Shown here one piece after another: positions 37,554-48,827 of a stretch of DNA of 64,000 nt; position 1 is the stretch's first letter; the number at the start of each line of letters is the position of its first letter. The stretch covers positions 62,001 to 126,000 of the forward strand of contig RSEE01000112.1 in the NCBI GenBank assembly GCA_003971905.1, written 5' to 3'. A model generated the notes under the pieces. It had not been told where the DNA came from. It searched no databases and was given only the letters and a program-made list of their open reading frames with translations. The position numbers and the translations under genes are program-made. The DNA comes from Moniliella sp. 'wahieum'. Lineage: Eukaryota.

Positions 37554-39824
37554 GGTGGTGGGCAAGAGGGAGCGAGATAATCGATACCCGATAAAACCGT
37601 CTTGCCCGCGGCGTTAATAAATCGCAAAAGCGGACCAGATCTGCTTTGCAGCGGCTGTTCCACCGAGGGACTTTGATAGGATTAGCTTCCGTGACTGGGG
37701 TCCGATTGCATCGTTCCGCCTGCACTAGCGCGGTGTGGGGCGAGCGGGGGATCTTAGGTCCTGCCAGGGTTAGTAACCTTGGGCCTCACGCGCACATACA
37801 AGGGTACCTGAAGTGGTCGACACAGCGAGGGTTAGCAGAGGGCAGGGGCGAGAGCTTCCCAGGGCCTTTGCCACTTGTTTAGCAGGTCTTGATTGTCTGC
37901 TCTTCCTCAAAGAAATCGCTCAGATGCCGCGGGCTCCATATATGCGTTTGCTATGGAACGTGGCGGACGCACGCGGTCATGCCAACAATAGCTGCTAGTC
38001 TACACGAATCCAGTAGCAAGCTAGACAAAACTGTACATCCATTATCTTAACTGGCTTTGCCTCAGCATCATCTTCGGGTTTGTTGTGGCCGAGTCCCGCG
38101 GGGTCTCTGTGAATGAGCAGCTGATACACAACCTACTATATATGAAAGGGGGCAGGATGATGGTGGATCTATTCCAGAAGAGGAGCCCGTCAGGGGCAGA
38201 ACATAAGGGAGAGTCGGATAACAGAGTGTGGAAGGAATGTGATTTGTCAGATCTGCTTACGCGCTGACACTATAGTCCCCACTGGACTCAATCTTGGTTG
38301 CATCCGCCAGGTCGTCCCTTCTTTCTTCGCCAAGACCACTCTTTCGCCCAATAAGCAAGTCCGCGCCTCCTTGAACCTGTAACATACAACACTGCATTAT
38401 GCACAATGCAAGTTTTTTTATCGCCGGTGGGGACCCACTGCCCCACCCACTTGGCACGGAGACACTGTCAATATCACATTGCCACACACGCAGCCCTGCC
38501 CACTCGTTTTGGCGTCACGCGTCACGCGCCACGGCATCATTGCGGCCGACCTGAGCCTCGGGCGGGGGCTCGGTTACTCCCAGTGGCGCCCCACCCCGCA
38601 CGGACCCACGTTTTCGCCCGCCCTACCTCCGCACCGCACCCCATCATCGATCCAAGCTTCCCGATGGCTGAGCCCGAGGCGCTGGGCACGGACCCCGCTA
38701 TGCGTGAGCGCGGGGTGGGAGACTTGCTGGGGCTGAAGGAGATGCAGGAGACCATCACCGTCACGCGGAACGAGAAGATGCGGGGGGCGAACAGGGGGCA
38801 GCAAGTGGGGTGTTGGGTGTGCGAAGGAAAACAAATTAAGCCAACTATACGCAAGCAGGTGCACCCCATCTTTTTCCAAAGGCGGAAGAAGAGCCGCCAT
38901 GCGGTAAGTAGCCTATGAAATGAGCCACAGAGCTTTGCACCCAACACCTAACTCCAAGCCAGCCTCACTTCACTATTTTGGCACAATCGTCTCCCCTGTT
39001 GAACGCCTTTGACGCAGAGTGCACAGAGCTGTTGGCCGGTTCACGCTCCACCGATGCGGTCCCGTCGGTGTTTACGTTTATTGAGCGAGAGTTGATCCAA
39101 CGCACGATGCTGACCAATGTGACATGTGACGGGGCCGACGCGAATGATCCGTCTCCAGCAGATAGTATGGGTACTACGCGCCTACACTGTCACCATACGT
39201 ACCTTACGTACCTGTTGTCCTCCGCTCCTTTTGCTCGATTACTTGCTACTTGCGTCTATACATATAGGGCATCTCTCCTTTGGCGGCATGCTACTCGAGA
39301 CAAGATATGACTTTCATGAGTTTTTGGCATGCGAGGTTGCGACCAGGAGGCCCGCAGCCAGTAGTTGCGGAATGGTCGAAGTCAAGTGCTTTTGCGCAGG
39401 TAGTATACCCGAGACGCTGTGGTGCCCAAGTGCCACAGTGCTTGATCGATCCGAGTCGCAACCTTCTTGTTGGGCCTTAAATAGCACAAGAAGCAACATA
39501 ATGCCGTGCCACATCCCACTGAACGTCGGAGTGGCGCGCTTGCGTCATCTCAGTCATCCAAACAACGATCTTCACACAAGTAAACCTTGCTTCAGCGTTT
39601 GCGCCATCACAAGCCATCTCGAGAGCCATCGAAAGCATCTTTAACGTTTAATACAACAAGTGTGAGGCAGCTAGTCATGCCGTCATTCTCGGTGGTTGAG
39701 AGGTAAGGTCCACCCCGTTGGTTTATCCGTCGTCCCTACTCACCCCTCTGGTATTTTGTTGCGTTCTTTCATATAGCGTACAATTTGGGACGTCCCATCA
39801 CGCCCCATCTTGCCTACCCTGCGT

Positions 39825-40790
39825 TGTTGGAGGGAGATTGCTTCGGATGCCGACAGGTATTCATTCAGGCTGCATGGAATGGCGCCTTATATACCAGAGG
39901 AGAAGGAGAAGCTATCACACGGTAGACCACGCGTGATGAGGGGAAAGAGACACAAAGGGGGCAAGGAAGATCTAGAACAAGGATCATACACATCCTGTGG
40001 GAATGTGTGTGATCCGTCACTCCCACCGGTCGACTGGAGCCTTGGGTCTCGACATGGCCAAGACAAGCTGATGAGACCTGGAGTCCAGATGGTCCTCGAG
40101 GGTGATGCAATCGCACTAGTGGTGGTAGTAATGGTCTAGCCAACCAGCAACGCCTACTGAGGAACACCAAGCAGCGAGTCGCCACCAGGGCTAAGCTGCG
40201 AACAAGGAAAAACAGGAGGAGAAAAAACAACGGAACTCCTAGGCCTGAGGAGGAACTGAAGGGACATTGGCCAAAGCACGAGCCACCTGGCTCAACACAA
40301 GCAAGACGAGGCTCCTCCCACCGATCCAATGGATCCGGAAGACGGGGGGGAAAGGAAGATCAGTAGAGAGGAAGGCAAAGTCAGCCTCCTGACAAGCGAA
40401 TCATGTCGTGGGAGCGCTGAGCAAGGGGCGAGGTAGGGTAGTGCTTTGGTGAGCACATCAGCTGCGTTAGCGGTGCCAGGTATGTGTTCAAGAGTGGCTC
40501 GACCGCGTTGCAGCTCGGTACGGAGGGCGTGGTAGCGGTAATCGAGGTGGCGCAAATTCGCGTCCCCCGCGGTCCTCATCTTCTGGGGGGTGCACACAAC
40601 ACACACACATCAGTACTTTCTTTCGTTTGTGCTGCTGCGTTGTGGCCCCCGTCTTGTTTGTCTGGTGGGTCTCCTCGGGCGTGGCGTCAGACTGTTGGCT
40701 CATTCTGTTTCTTCCCGCCCCAGTGGAGCAAGGAGAAGGCTGGAGGAGGAGAAGCAAGTGTGCAGCCACACTGGCCTCTGCTCACCGAGT
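39825..40790 (-). mobile_element. Degenerate Ty1/copia LTR retrotransposon relic: RNase H fragments plus a candidate 3' LTR (about 39825-40297)
   Basis: Minus-strand LRHLDYRYHALRTELQRGRATLEHIPGTANAADVLTKAL matches the copia RNase H C-terminal motif (KHIDxRYHF...N.AD.LTK.L). Upstream SRGQCG...LLHWGGKKQ resembles the WxSKKQ motif. The downstream segment starts TGTTG, contains TATATAA and ends CAACA. The LTR limits are tentative. Confidence 0.75.
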
Positions 40791-40989
40791 GCGGGGTAAA
40801 CCGGCTGCCCGCCCTGTTGGGACATATGGCTGCGATCCGCGATTTTAACGCCACATGAACTAAGCCCGCCTCCTCGCGCTTATCCAGCGCATCGTTCGCT
40901 TCAGTCTCCAGCTGCGCTCCTCCTGCCCACGCTCCGCTTGGCCTTCACCGCCTCCTCTGCGCGCCCTCCCTCTCCCTCCCTGCCGCACC

Positions 40990-42046
40990 ATGGCCGACGC
41001 GTCTGGATCGCAGCCTGCACGACCTGCAGGCGCTGAGCGAGATGCAGAAGCACGAGCCCTCTGCCACCCTCGAGTCGGCGCGGGCCAGGCCATGCTCGCC
41101 GGGCCCATCCCCCTCGCCGTGCTCGCCGACGAGTATCGTCCAACCCCGACCAGTCCTTCGCCACAAACTCGCCTGGCTTGCGCAACCCACCCACTATACC
41201 GCCTACTACAAAACCCGCGGCGATGGCGACTGCTTCTAGTGCGTACCTCCCCCCCCTCTTTCCCCCTCGTTGCGACGCGATCGCAGCAGAACCCAACAAC
41301 CCCTAACCCTGTTGTTGTTGTTGTGCTGTTGCAGCCGCTCGTTTGGGTTTGCGCTTCTGCTCAAACTGCTCGAGGCGCACGACCAAGCACTGCACCACGC
41401 TGTCCTACAGCACCTCCACACCACGCAGCAGCTCTGGACCAAGCTGGGTTTGAGCGGGACGTGTACCTCGACTTTTACGAGCCGTTGGAGAACTTGCTAG
41501 TCAGAGTGCTTCCGCCGAGCCACTGACGCGCTCGTTGGTAGCCGCATTCAATGACCCAGTCATCTCCAACTCCATTGTCGTGTACTGCGTCTCGTCACCG
41601 CCGCCTTTCTCAAGGCGCATCAGGACGAGTATGCGCCGTTCTTATTTGCCTACGAGGGCGCGGCAGGGACCGGCGAGGCACCTACCATGGACGAGTTTGT
41701 CCGGTCTCAAGTTGAGGCCTTGAGCGTCGAGGCGGACCATTGGCCGTGACGGCTCTGGCGCGTGCGCTGCGGGTTAGCCTGGACGTGGTGTACCTTGTGC
41801 CTTCGGCGGAAGACATGCGATCGCAGCCACGGCAGCCGCGACGCCCGATGTGGACGTGGGCAGTGCGACGACCCACGTGCCCGTGCGCAGTGCGACGACC
41901 CACGTGCCCGTGCGGGAACCAGAGATTGTTCGGTTTGATCTGCCGACGGAGCCGACGGAGCCGGCGGAGGCCGCGACGGCGTTGGGACATGGGGCGCGCT
42001 TCTGTTCCGCCCGGGTCACTACGACGTGCTCGTGCCTGCCCCCTGA
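40990..42046 (+). CDS. OTUB1: Otubain-family deubiquitinase (peptidase C65); intron about 41240-41333
   Basis: KTRGDGDCF (catalytic Cys)|RSFGFA, AGFERDVYLDFYE, FNDPVISNSIVVY, EADH.AVTALARAL...VVYL and LLFRPGHYDVL (catalytic His). Confidence 0.92.
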
Positions 42047-42536
42047 AGCGGAGACAGACCCATTGTTCCCTGCCGCGCCTCGCTTGGGCTTGGTCTCGCC
42101 TGCCTAGGTACAGGCGCTGGCACAACTTGCTTCCTTTCCTGTCGTTGTCCAGCGCGCTCGTTCTTGAGCACTGTCTTCTTCTTCCGTGCGCTCCCGAGGG
42201 GATGACGGGATGCTCTGCACTCCCCCTGCATCGCCGACCTGCTTCTGCTTCTTACGCTGGGCCACAATGCAGCAGGATCGGGTACCCCCCCCACCTTCTT
42301 TGCCACAGCTGCTCGGCCTGAGAGGTAGGAAGCGCCCAGACGGGGAGCTGACAAGCCCGAGGACGATTGCATGAGAGAACCCATTGACTGTGAGAGCTAC
42401 GGGATGGGCAAAGCAGGAGAATAAGGGTAGAGAGACCAAGGCATGCATAGGTGTAGGGACATATGTATGTACTTGGTGCAACCGAAGCAGGAGCAGCAGG
42501 AGCAGCGCAAGGCGTCGGGATGGAACAAACGGAGAC

Positions 42537-43113
42537 TTACTTGCCCTGGGGCGCCTCCTTGAATGCAAGCGCCGACTCCTCGCCATGGCCGAGACAATGG
42601 TGACCATGAGGTCCTTGCCATCGTCAAATTCGGCCTGGAGTTGCTCGCCAAGCTCGCCCTCGGGCACACGAACGTCGTCCTTCGAGTCGCCGTCGGGGGT
42701 AAGCAGGCTGAGGAAGCCATCGTCAATGTTGACCAGCTGGTACTCGGTACGCGACACGTTGGGCACCTCCATGTTGTGCGTCGAGGGGGAGATGTCCTCG
42801 AGCTTCTTGCCGGTAAAGATGTCGACGGCGACAAGGTGCACCTTGGCGTGGCCGTGCTTGCCTGTCTTGGAGGTGGACATGTCCACAATCTTGCACGGGC
42901 GGCCCTTGATGACCACGTGGCCGTTCTTGCGCAGCGCCGAGCACTGCATCGGGAACGTCAGCGACGCGCCGGCGTTGGCCGACTCGAACTCGACATTGTG
43001 CTTCTCGTCGTCGGACTGGGAGGGGGAGGGGAGGAGGAGGAGGAGGAGAAGAACAAGGAGAACAAAGGGGTCAGCACGGGCGTCGCAGCAGAGAAAAGGC
43101 AGAGGCGTACCAT
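42537..43113 (-). CDS. HYP2: Translation factor eIF5A; intron 43016-43110 directly after the ATG
   Basis: [61 protein letters not shown] (hypusine Lys)...[17 protein letters not shown]. Confidence 0.97.
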
Positions 43114-43447
43114 GGCGGATGGGCTGAGAGGACAGGTGGTGGGCACAAGGAAGAAGCCGCGCGGGAAAAGCCGGGGCGGGCGGAACGCGGCAGGCTGCTC
43201 CGGCAGGCACTGCGTCTGTGGAGCGCAGCGGGCACTAGGGCTGCCCAGCCACCCCCCGCACGACCCATGCCCTCCGAGAAGGGCCGACGGCCGTCTGCTG
43301 ATGTCAGCCCGTGTCACGTGATGCCCCCGGCGTGCCTTGACTTTCTCGCTGCTTGTCCCCCGCTGCTGCTGCTCTTCCCAGCTGCTTGGCAGCGGTCTAT
43401 ACGATACCCCACCCAGGCTTCCCTGCCAGCCATGCCATTGCCCTTGC

Positions 43448-45264
43448 CTAGAGCCCCCCCGCCTTCTCGCCCACACACGCCGCCTCGCGCTCAAACACCA
43501 CCTGCCCCCCACCACCGTCGTCGTCACCTCCACCTCGGCCGCTGCGTCGCGTCCAGCGCGCGCGGGTCGCAGTCCAGGATGATAAAGTCCGCCAGGAAGC
43601 CCTCGGCCAGGCAGCCTTGTCCTCCTCCGAGTGCTCGCACCACGCCGAGTCGCGCGTCCAGGCCTGGATGGCGCGGTCGAGCGAGATGGCCTCCTGCGGC
43701 GAGTTGGGCTTGCCAGCCGCGTCCGCCGCAGCACCTGCCGCGCAATGGAGAAGAAGGGCCGCCACGACTCGGCCATGCTGCCCTCGTCGTCCGAGTGCCC
43801 GGAATGGGGAAGCCGTGCTGGACGAGCGTGCGTTGCAGCAGCCGAGCGTCCAGCGGCGTCTCGCCCACCGGCACGGGCTTCGCGTCCGGCCGGGCGGTTC
43901 GGGCAAGAATTCGTCCAGGTACACCCAGGCTGGTGTGACGAGCGGCGTGACCCCGATCCGCTTGGCACGCTCCAACATGCCCACCGTTGTTGGTCCCGCC
44001 TTCGCAGTTGCCCATGTGCTCGACGCGGTGACGCAGCGCCTTGGACGCCGGCGCGGGTGCTTCTGCGCGCGTTCAAACGCATCCAAGCACATTTCCTGGC
44101 CCTTGTCCCCGACGGCATGGATCAGCACTTGCCAGCCTTGTACGTGCGCTTGCGCCACAAACGCGTTCAGTTCGTCTGCCGATACTTTGGGCGAGCCAGT
44201 CAGTGGGTACGGTCGCCATACGGATCGGTGTACCGCACTGCTGCAATCCCATCGCCATCGAGAAACAGTTTCAGTGCGCCGATCCGAAGCCAGTCGTTGC
44301 CAAAGTTGGTGCGGAGACCCATGCCCGTCAAGAGAAAGTGGTCGTACGAGTCGACGATGGGCACCAGATGGTCGTCGCGATCGTGGCCCGACTCGGACTG
44401 ATCCGCCTGGTGGCCCGAGCAAAACACAATTCATACGCAACCGCACCGGCAGCCTGCCTTCGTCGGCCAACTCTTGGTACACCTTGATGTCCCTCGGCTG
44501 GGGGAAATCGCCAATCGTAGTCAGACCATAGGACGCCATCTCGAGCAACTGCGCATGCACCGCCTGTTTACGCTCCTCCATCGTCACCGCCGGCACGCGG
44601 CGCGACCAGAGGAAGCTGGCCTCTGGATACGGCCCGTCGGCACCCCGTGCTCGTCCCGCTCAATCGTCCCCCAGGCGGAAGGTCGTGTGGGTCAGAGCCT
44701 GCCTCGGTGCCGATTCCACTGAGCGTGAGCGCGAGCGAGTTGAGGTACTGGACGTGGATGCTCTCACTGACCACGACGGGGACGGTGGCTGCGACGTGGT
44801 CGAGCTGCGCGCGGGTGGGCATGACGGTGCCGGTGCCTGCGATGGCCACCACCCCTTTCCTGGCGTTTTCTCCTTCTCGCGCGCAGCCGCACCAATCTTG
44901 GCCAGGACCGCGTCCAAATCGGGCAGCGGCGGGCGACGCACATCCAGCTCTTCCGAACGGAAAGTGGCCATGTTGCCCAGATGAGTGTGCACGTCAATCA
45001 ACCCGGGCCAGACGGGCTTGTGCTGCGCATCCACCACCCGCGTCGCAGGACCGACAAGGCGCGCGCACCGGCACACGACCCCACTACACAATCCGTTCGT
45101 GCCGCACCGCCAGGGCTTCTGCGCCATACACGTACCCCCCTGGCGGTCTCGGTGAGGATGCGGCCGTTGAGCAGCACAAGGTCCGCGGCTTGGCGCGCGG
45201 CGCGGGCGAGCAGGCAAGGACGGACATGAGGGTGGATGTCCAGGAGCGGGGGGGTGGGGGACAT
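43448..45264 (-). CDS. Metal-dependent amidohydrolase (Amidohydro_3, YtcJ-like); no intron seen
   Basis: ADLVLLNGRILT, AEALAVRHERIV, PGLIDVHTH (HxH), SIHVQYLNSLAL, GLTTIGD, LRIGALKLFLDG, QVLIHAVGD, RVEH, GHSD, AISLDRAIQAWT, G.LAEGFLADFIILD and TVVGGQVVF. Confidence 0.9.
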
Positions 45265-46788
45265 GGAGGTGCGGGGGGGGGAGAGGAGCAGAGCGGGTGT
45301 AATAGATGGGGAGGTGCGTGGGTCCACCGACAGGGGCGCTTAGGGCGGCACAGCGAGGCTCGCACACGGCGAGGAGAAACGATGTGACGGCCACGGTCAC
45401 CCACCATCGCCCCCATCATGCATCCCTTCCATGCGTCCGCCCGCTTGCTCGGCCGCGCCAGACGCGGCGCCGCCCCAGGCCGCCCCAGGCCGCCCTGCCC
45501 CGCCGTTGCCGGCCGCTTTCATGGCACGTGACACTGCCCAGCCGCTGACGTAACCCAGGCGCTTCTCTTCGTTGTTGGCTAGGCGGTATAGACAGGAGGG
45601 CTCTTCTTGTCGCTCGGTGGTCCAGGCGAAGGTGTGTTCCTCCAAAGACAAAAACAAGGCATAGTCCACACAGAGGGGCGAAATGGAAATGGGGGGTCAC
45701 ATTGTCACATGTCATCAAGAAGGAGGTGGGCCGTCAGAGATACATTGAATAGTAGTACTGGGCGATATATAACTAGTGTCTCGGCAGTTGCCCAACCAGG
45801 GACCAGATCCCTCCGATACACTTGTTTCCCGCAGGAGAGCATTGTGCTCGGCAAGAGACACGAATGACAACCCGCCTCTCTGCTGTGTAGTACCATGTAA
45901 TTCACTACGCACTGCTGCCCCTCCGGCGGTCTGTCAAAGGAGATGAAATGGATGCTCGGGATCGAAAGGGAGGAAGGGAAGATGGCACCAATTCACAGAT
46001 ATATACCCAGCCAAAGGTCAACAGACCGCAAAGATACCGAGATGCCAAGGATGGGGGAACCCAAATGCGCTTCTTCCATCCAGGGGCAGAGCTTAACCGG
46101 AGCAGTCGGCATGCCTCATTAAACATTAATATCTAGGATCTTTCCAATGGCACGCGTCGCGCTGATCACCTGCCGGCAATTCGATCATGATGCATCTTGA
46201 TGGAATATGGAGACCCGACTGCGACTGAAAGAATAGGTAGCGAGCTTTGATACCTCTCTCTGGCTTTTTCGACGATGGGAACAAAGTATCAAAGAGGAGA
46301 AACAGGGTCAGTATACTGACAGTACTACTCAGTCATCCTCAAGAGAAGATATACGACTGTCACATACAAACCGTGACCAAGGTGTCCTCGCATGCGTGCA
46401 TCATGTCAGGTGTGAGGCCTGTGAGGGTGTAGTGCGACGCCAACTCGGCCCGTGACCGTGTGGTCCACTCTACGACCTCCTACTACGGCAGGATCCCAAG
46501 TTCCTTAGGAGTTCCAGGCTCCCATCAGACCAGCCTCTCAAAACAGGGGTGCCGTGCACCACCAAAGAATCAAATATACCAATCGACAAAACTGCCACCA
46601 CCGAGAATGGCACAGCATACCTCTACCTAACCCCGCCTTGACCGCCCCCCAGAAGGCGGCAGTACGGAGAAAAGGTTGAATGGTGCAGGGCCAGCATTAT
46701 TCAAGGGACGAAGAGAACAAAGGATGCAAAGTAGGCAATGTGGCCTGGTGCCTCTTGCAGTCCGGGGAGGGGGGGAGGGCAAGTACAA

Positions 46789-48827
46789 TTACACCCAGGG
46801 CGCGGGTGAGCTGCTTGAAGCGGAACGAGCCCAGGCCCGAGGAGCTATCGTACCCAGCGCGTGTTTGGCACCGACGTACTCCACACCATAATCGTTGCCG
46901 GTCGTGATGGGGTTGCAGCCAAAGGAGCCGCCCTGGTAAATGTCCTTGAACGCTTCGTCGCGAACCTTTTTCGAGTAGAGCATCGGGTGGGCCCAGCCGA
47001 GACGCGACTTGCCCTGGCGCACCAACGCATCGTTGACCAGCGACAAGAGCGCAGCCGTGGTGGGCGTGGAGGCGGACGTGCCCCCGATCCCGGTCACTTG
47101 GCCACCCACCACCACATCGGCCCACCACCCGTTCATAGTCAGGTCCGGGTACAGACGACCAGTGTGGTTGTACATGTAAGGAGGTTCGGTGGGCGAGTGA
47201 GCGATGCGTTTGTTCAGGTGCTTGACGTCCTTTTCCTGGTACTTGGCGCTAGAAAGGGGGAAGATGTTGGAGGAGCGAGCGGCGCCCGAGTAAAAGCCTG
47301 AAGACAGACCGCCAACACCGGCACTAATGTTGACCATCGCTTCGCCATCCGCAATCCCGTTGAACCCGCGGTTCGCCCCGACGGCCAAAATGTAAGGGCA
47401 GGTAACCGGGTAGAGGGGATAAACGGGTGCTTACCGCCATCCGCCGCGCACCACTCTTTGTATTGCGACCCAAAGCCCGCCACACCATAGTCGCCCGACG
47501 ACACGGCAATCGTCGTGCCCAACGCAGACAGTTTCTTGGCCGAGTTGCACATGGCCTGCGCACCCGAAACCGTCATGCCATCTTCCTCGGACGTGTACGA
47601 GATGGACACCACACCAGGACGCTGCTTCTTGCCCCCATGGTACAAGAGCCAGTCAAACGTCTGGAGGAAAATGTCCTGCGGGTCGTCAGGCGCACCGAGG
47701 TTCACGTACTTGGTCTGCAGCGGCCACGACTGACGACCACTGAGAGTTTGGCAGACGGGGAGAGGGGCAGGCAGAGTCAGTCTCACCTCCACGATGCAGA
47801 AGATAGGATGGTAGGATGAACAACGTACCCAACTGAATGTCCAGCTGTGCCTCGGAAGTGGGCTCCGAGGCGTTGGTGTAAGCACCATAGATGTCTTCAA
47901 TGTCAATCTTGTACCCAGCCGCTTCGGGACGGTACTTTTTCAGGTAGGTGGTCAAGTCCTCCTGGTTAGCATTCTCGCCAATGTAGCCAAAGATGGTCGT
48001 GTCCGGAGCGGTGGCCGAGTCGTCCTTGAGCTGCTGGGTGTAGTCGTAGGTGCCATAGTAATGACGCAAGCACGAGGCCGGGATGAGCTCCTGGTCACAG
48101 TCGGTCAAATGACCAGTAAGCTTCGTTGGCGTGTCGGTACCAGTCGCGGCAGCTCCATTGGGTCCTTGTTGAATGGGCGCGTGGACGGGAGAGCCATGGA
48201 TGTGGCCAAAGCGCTTGCTGTGCTTGCTCGGACGAGAAGGCGCGGCAACGTTGCGCGCTTCTTGGTCTGCAGCTCCTCCGGAGCACGGACCGCCGAGCCG
48301 TGGGTGACGGGGAAGTCAGCGAGGTGGGAGATGTGGGTGATGGCATCGTCCAGATGGTCAGGGAGGTAGATGGCGTGCGACTTGAGCGTAGGCGAGGTAG
48401 CGCGGTAGTTGTACACGTGCAGCTCCGTACCAGGGAACATGTCCTTGACCGTCTTGGCCGTCGCCTTGACCCGCACCTGGTCCTGGTGCGGCGACCAGAC
48501 CAAGTCATCCGCACCAATGCCATGGTCCTGCAGGTGCTTCTGGACAGCAGCAATGTGGTGTGCCTGAGGCCGTACGTACTTGCCCAGTTCTTCCTCCGAC
48601 AGCCAGGGCAGGTCCCGGTTGAGGGAAATCTCCTCCATGCGCTTGTCCAGACCGGCATCGTCGGCCGAGGGGAGGTAAATGGTGAACTCGAGCCCCTGGC
48701 TGTGGTGGGCGGCGGTGGCAGCCGAGACGTATTTGTAGGCGTCGGTGTTAATCTTGGCGCCGCTGAGCACACGCGCGCCAAGGGCGGCGGAGGAGGCGGC
48801 GAGGAGGAGGACGCCGCGGGCGAACAT
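46789..48827 (-). CDS. Secreted sedolisin/tripeptidyl peptidase (peptidase S53) with pro-domain; intron 47740-47828
   Basis: Signal peptide MFARGVLLLAASSAALG, pro-domain (WLSEEELGKYVRP), IPASCLRHYYG, SEAQLDIQ (Glu/Asp), VVSISY, SSGDYGV (oxyanion Asp), GRLYPDL, GGTSASTP (Ser), LVNDAL, LGWAHPMLY, FKDIYQG and GYD..SGLGS. Confidence 0.93.

Noticed and set aside
39126..39644. ORF with GHLSFGGML...ACEVA vaguely like a copia gag-pre-integrase segment
   Set aside because: The match is weak, lies on the opposite strand to the RNase H relic and is not followed by an integrase core.
41300..41310. CCCTAACCCT resembling a telomerase template or telomeric repeat
   Set aside because: It lies in the otubain intron at the expected branch-point position (CTAAC) and has only about 1.5 units.
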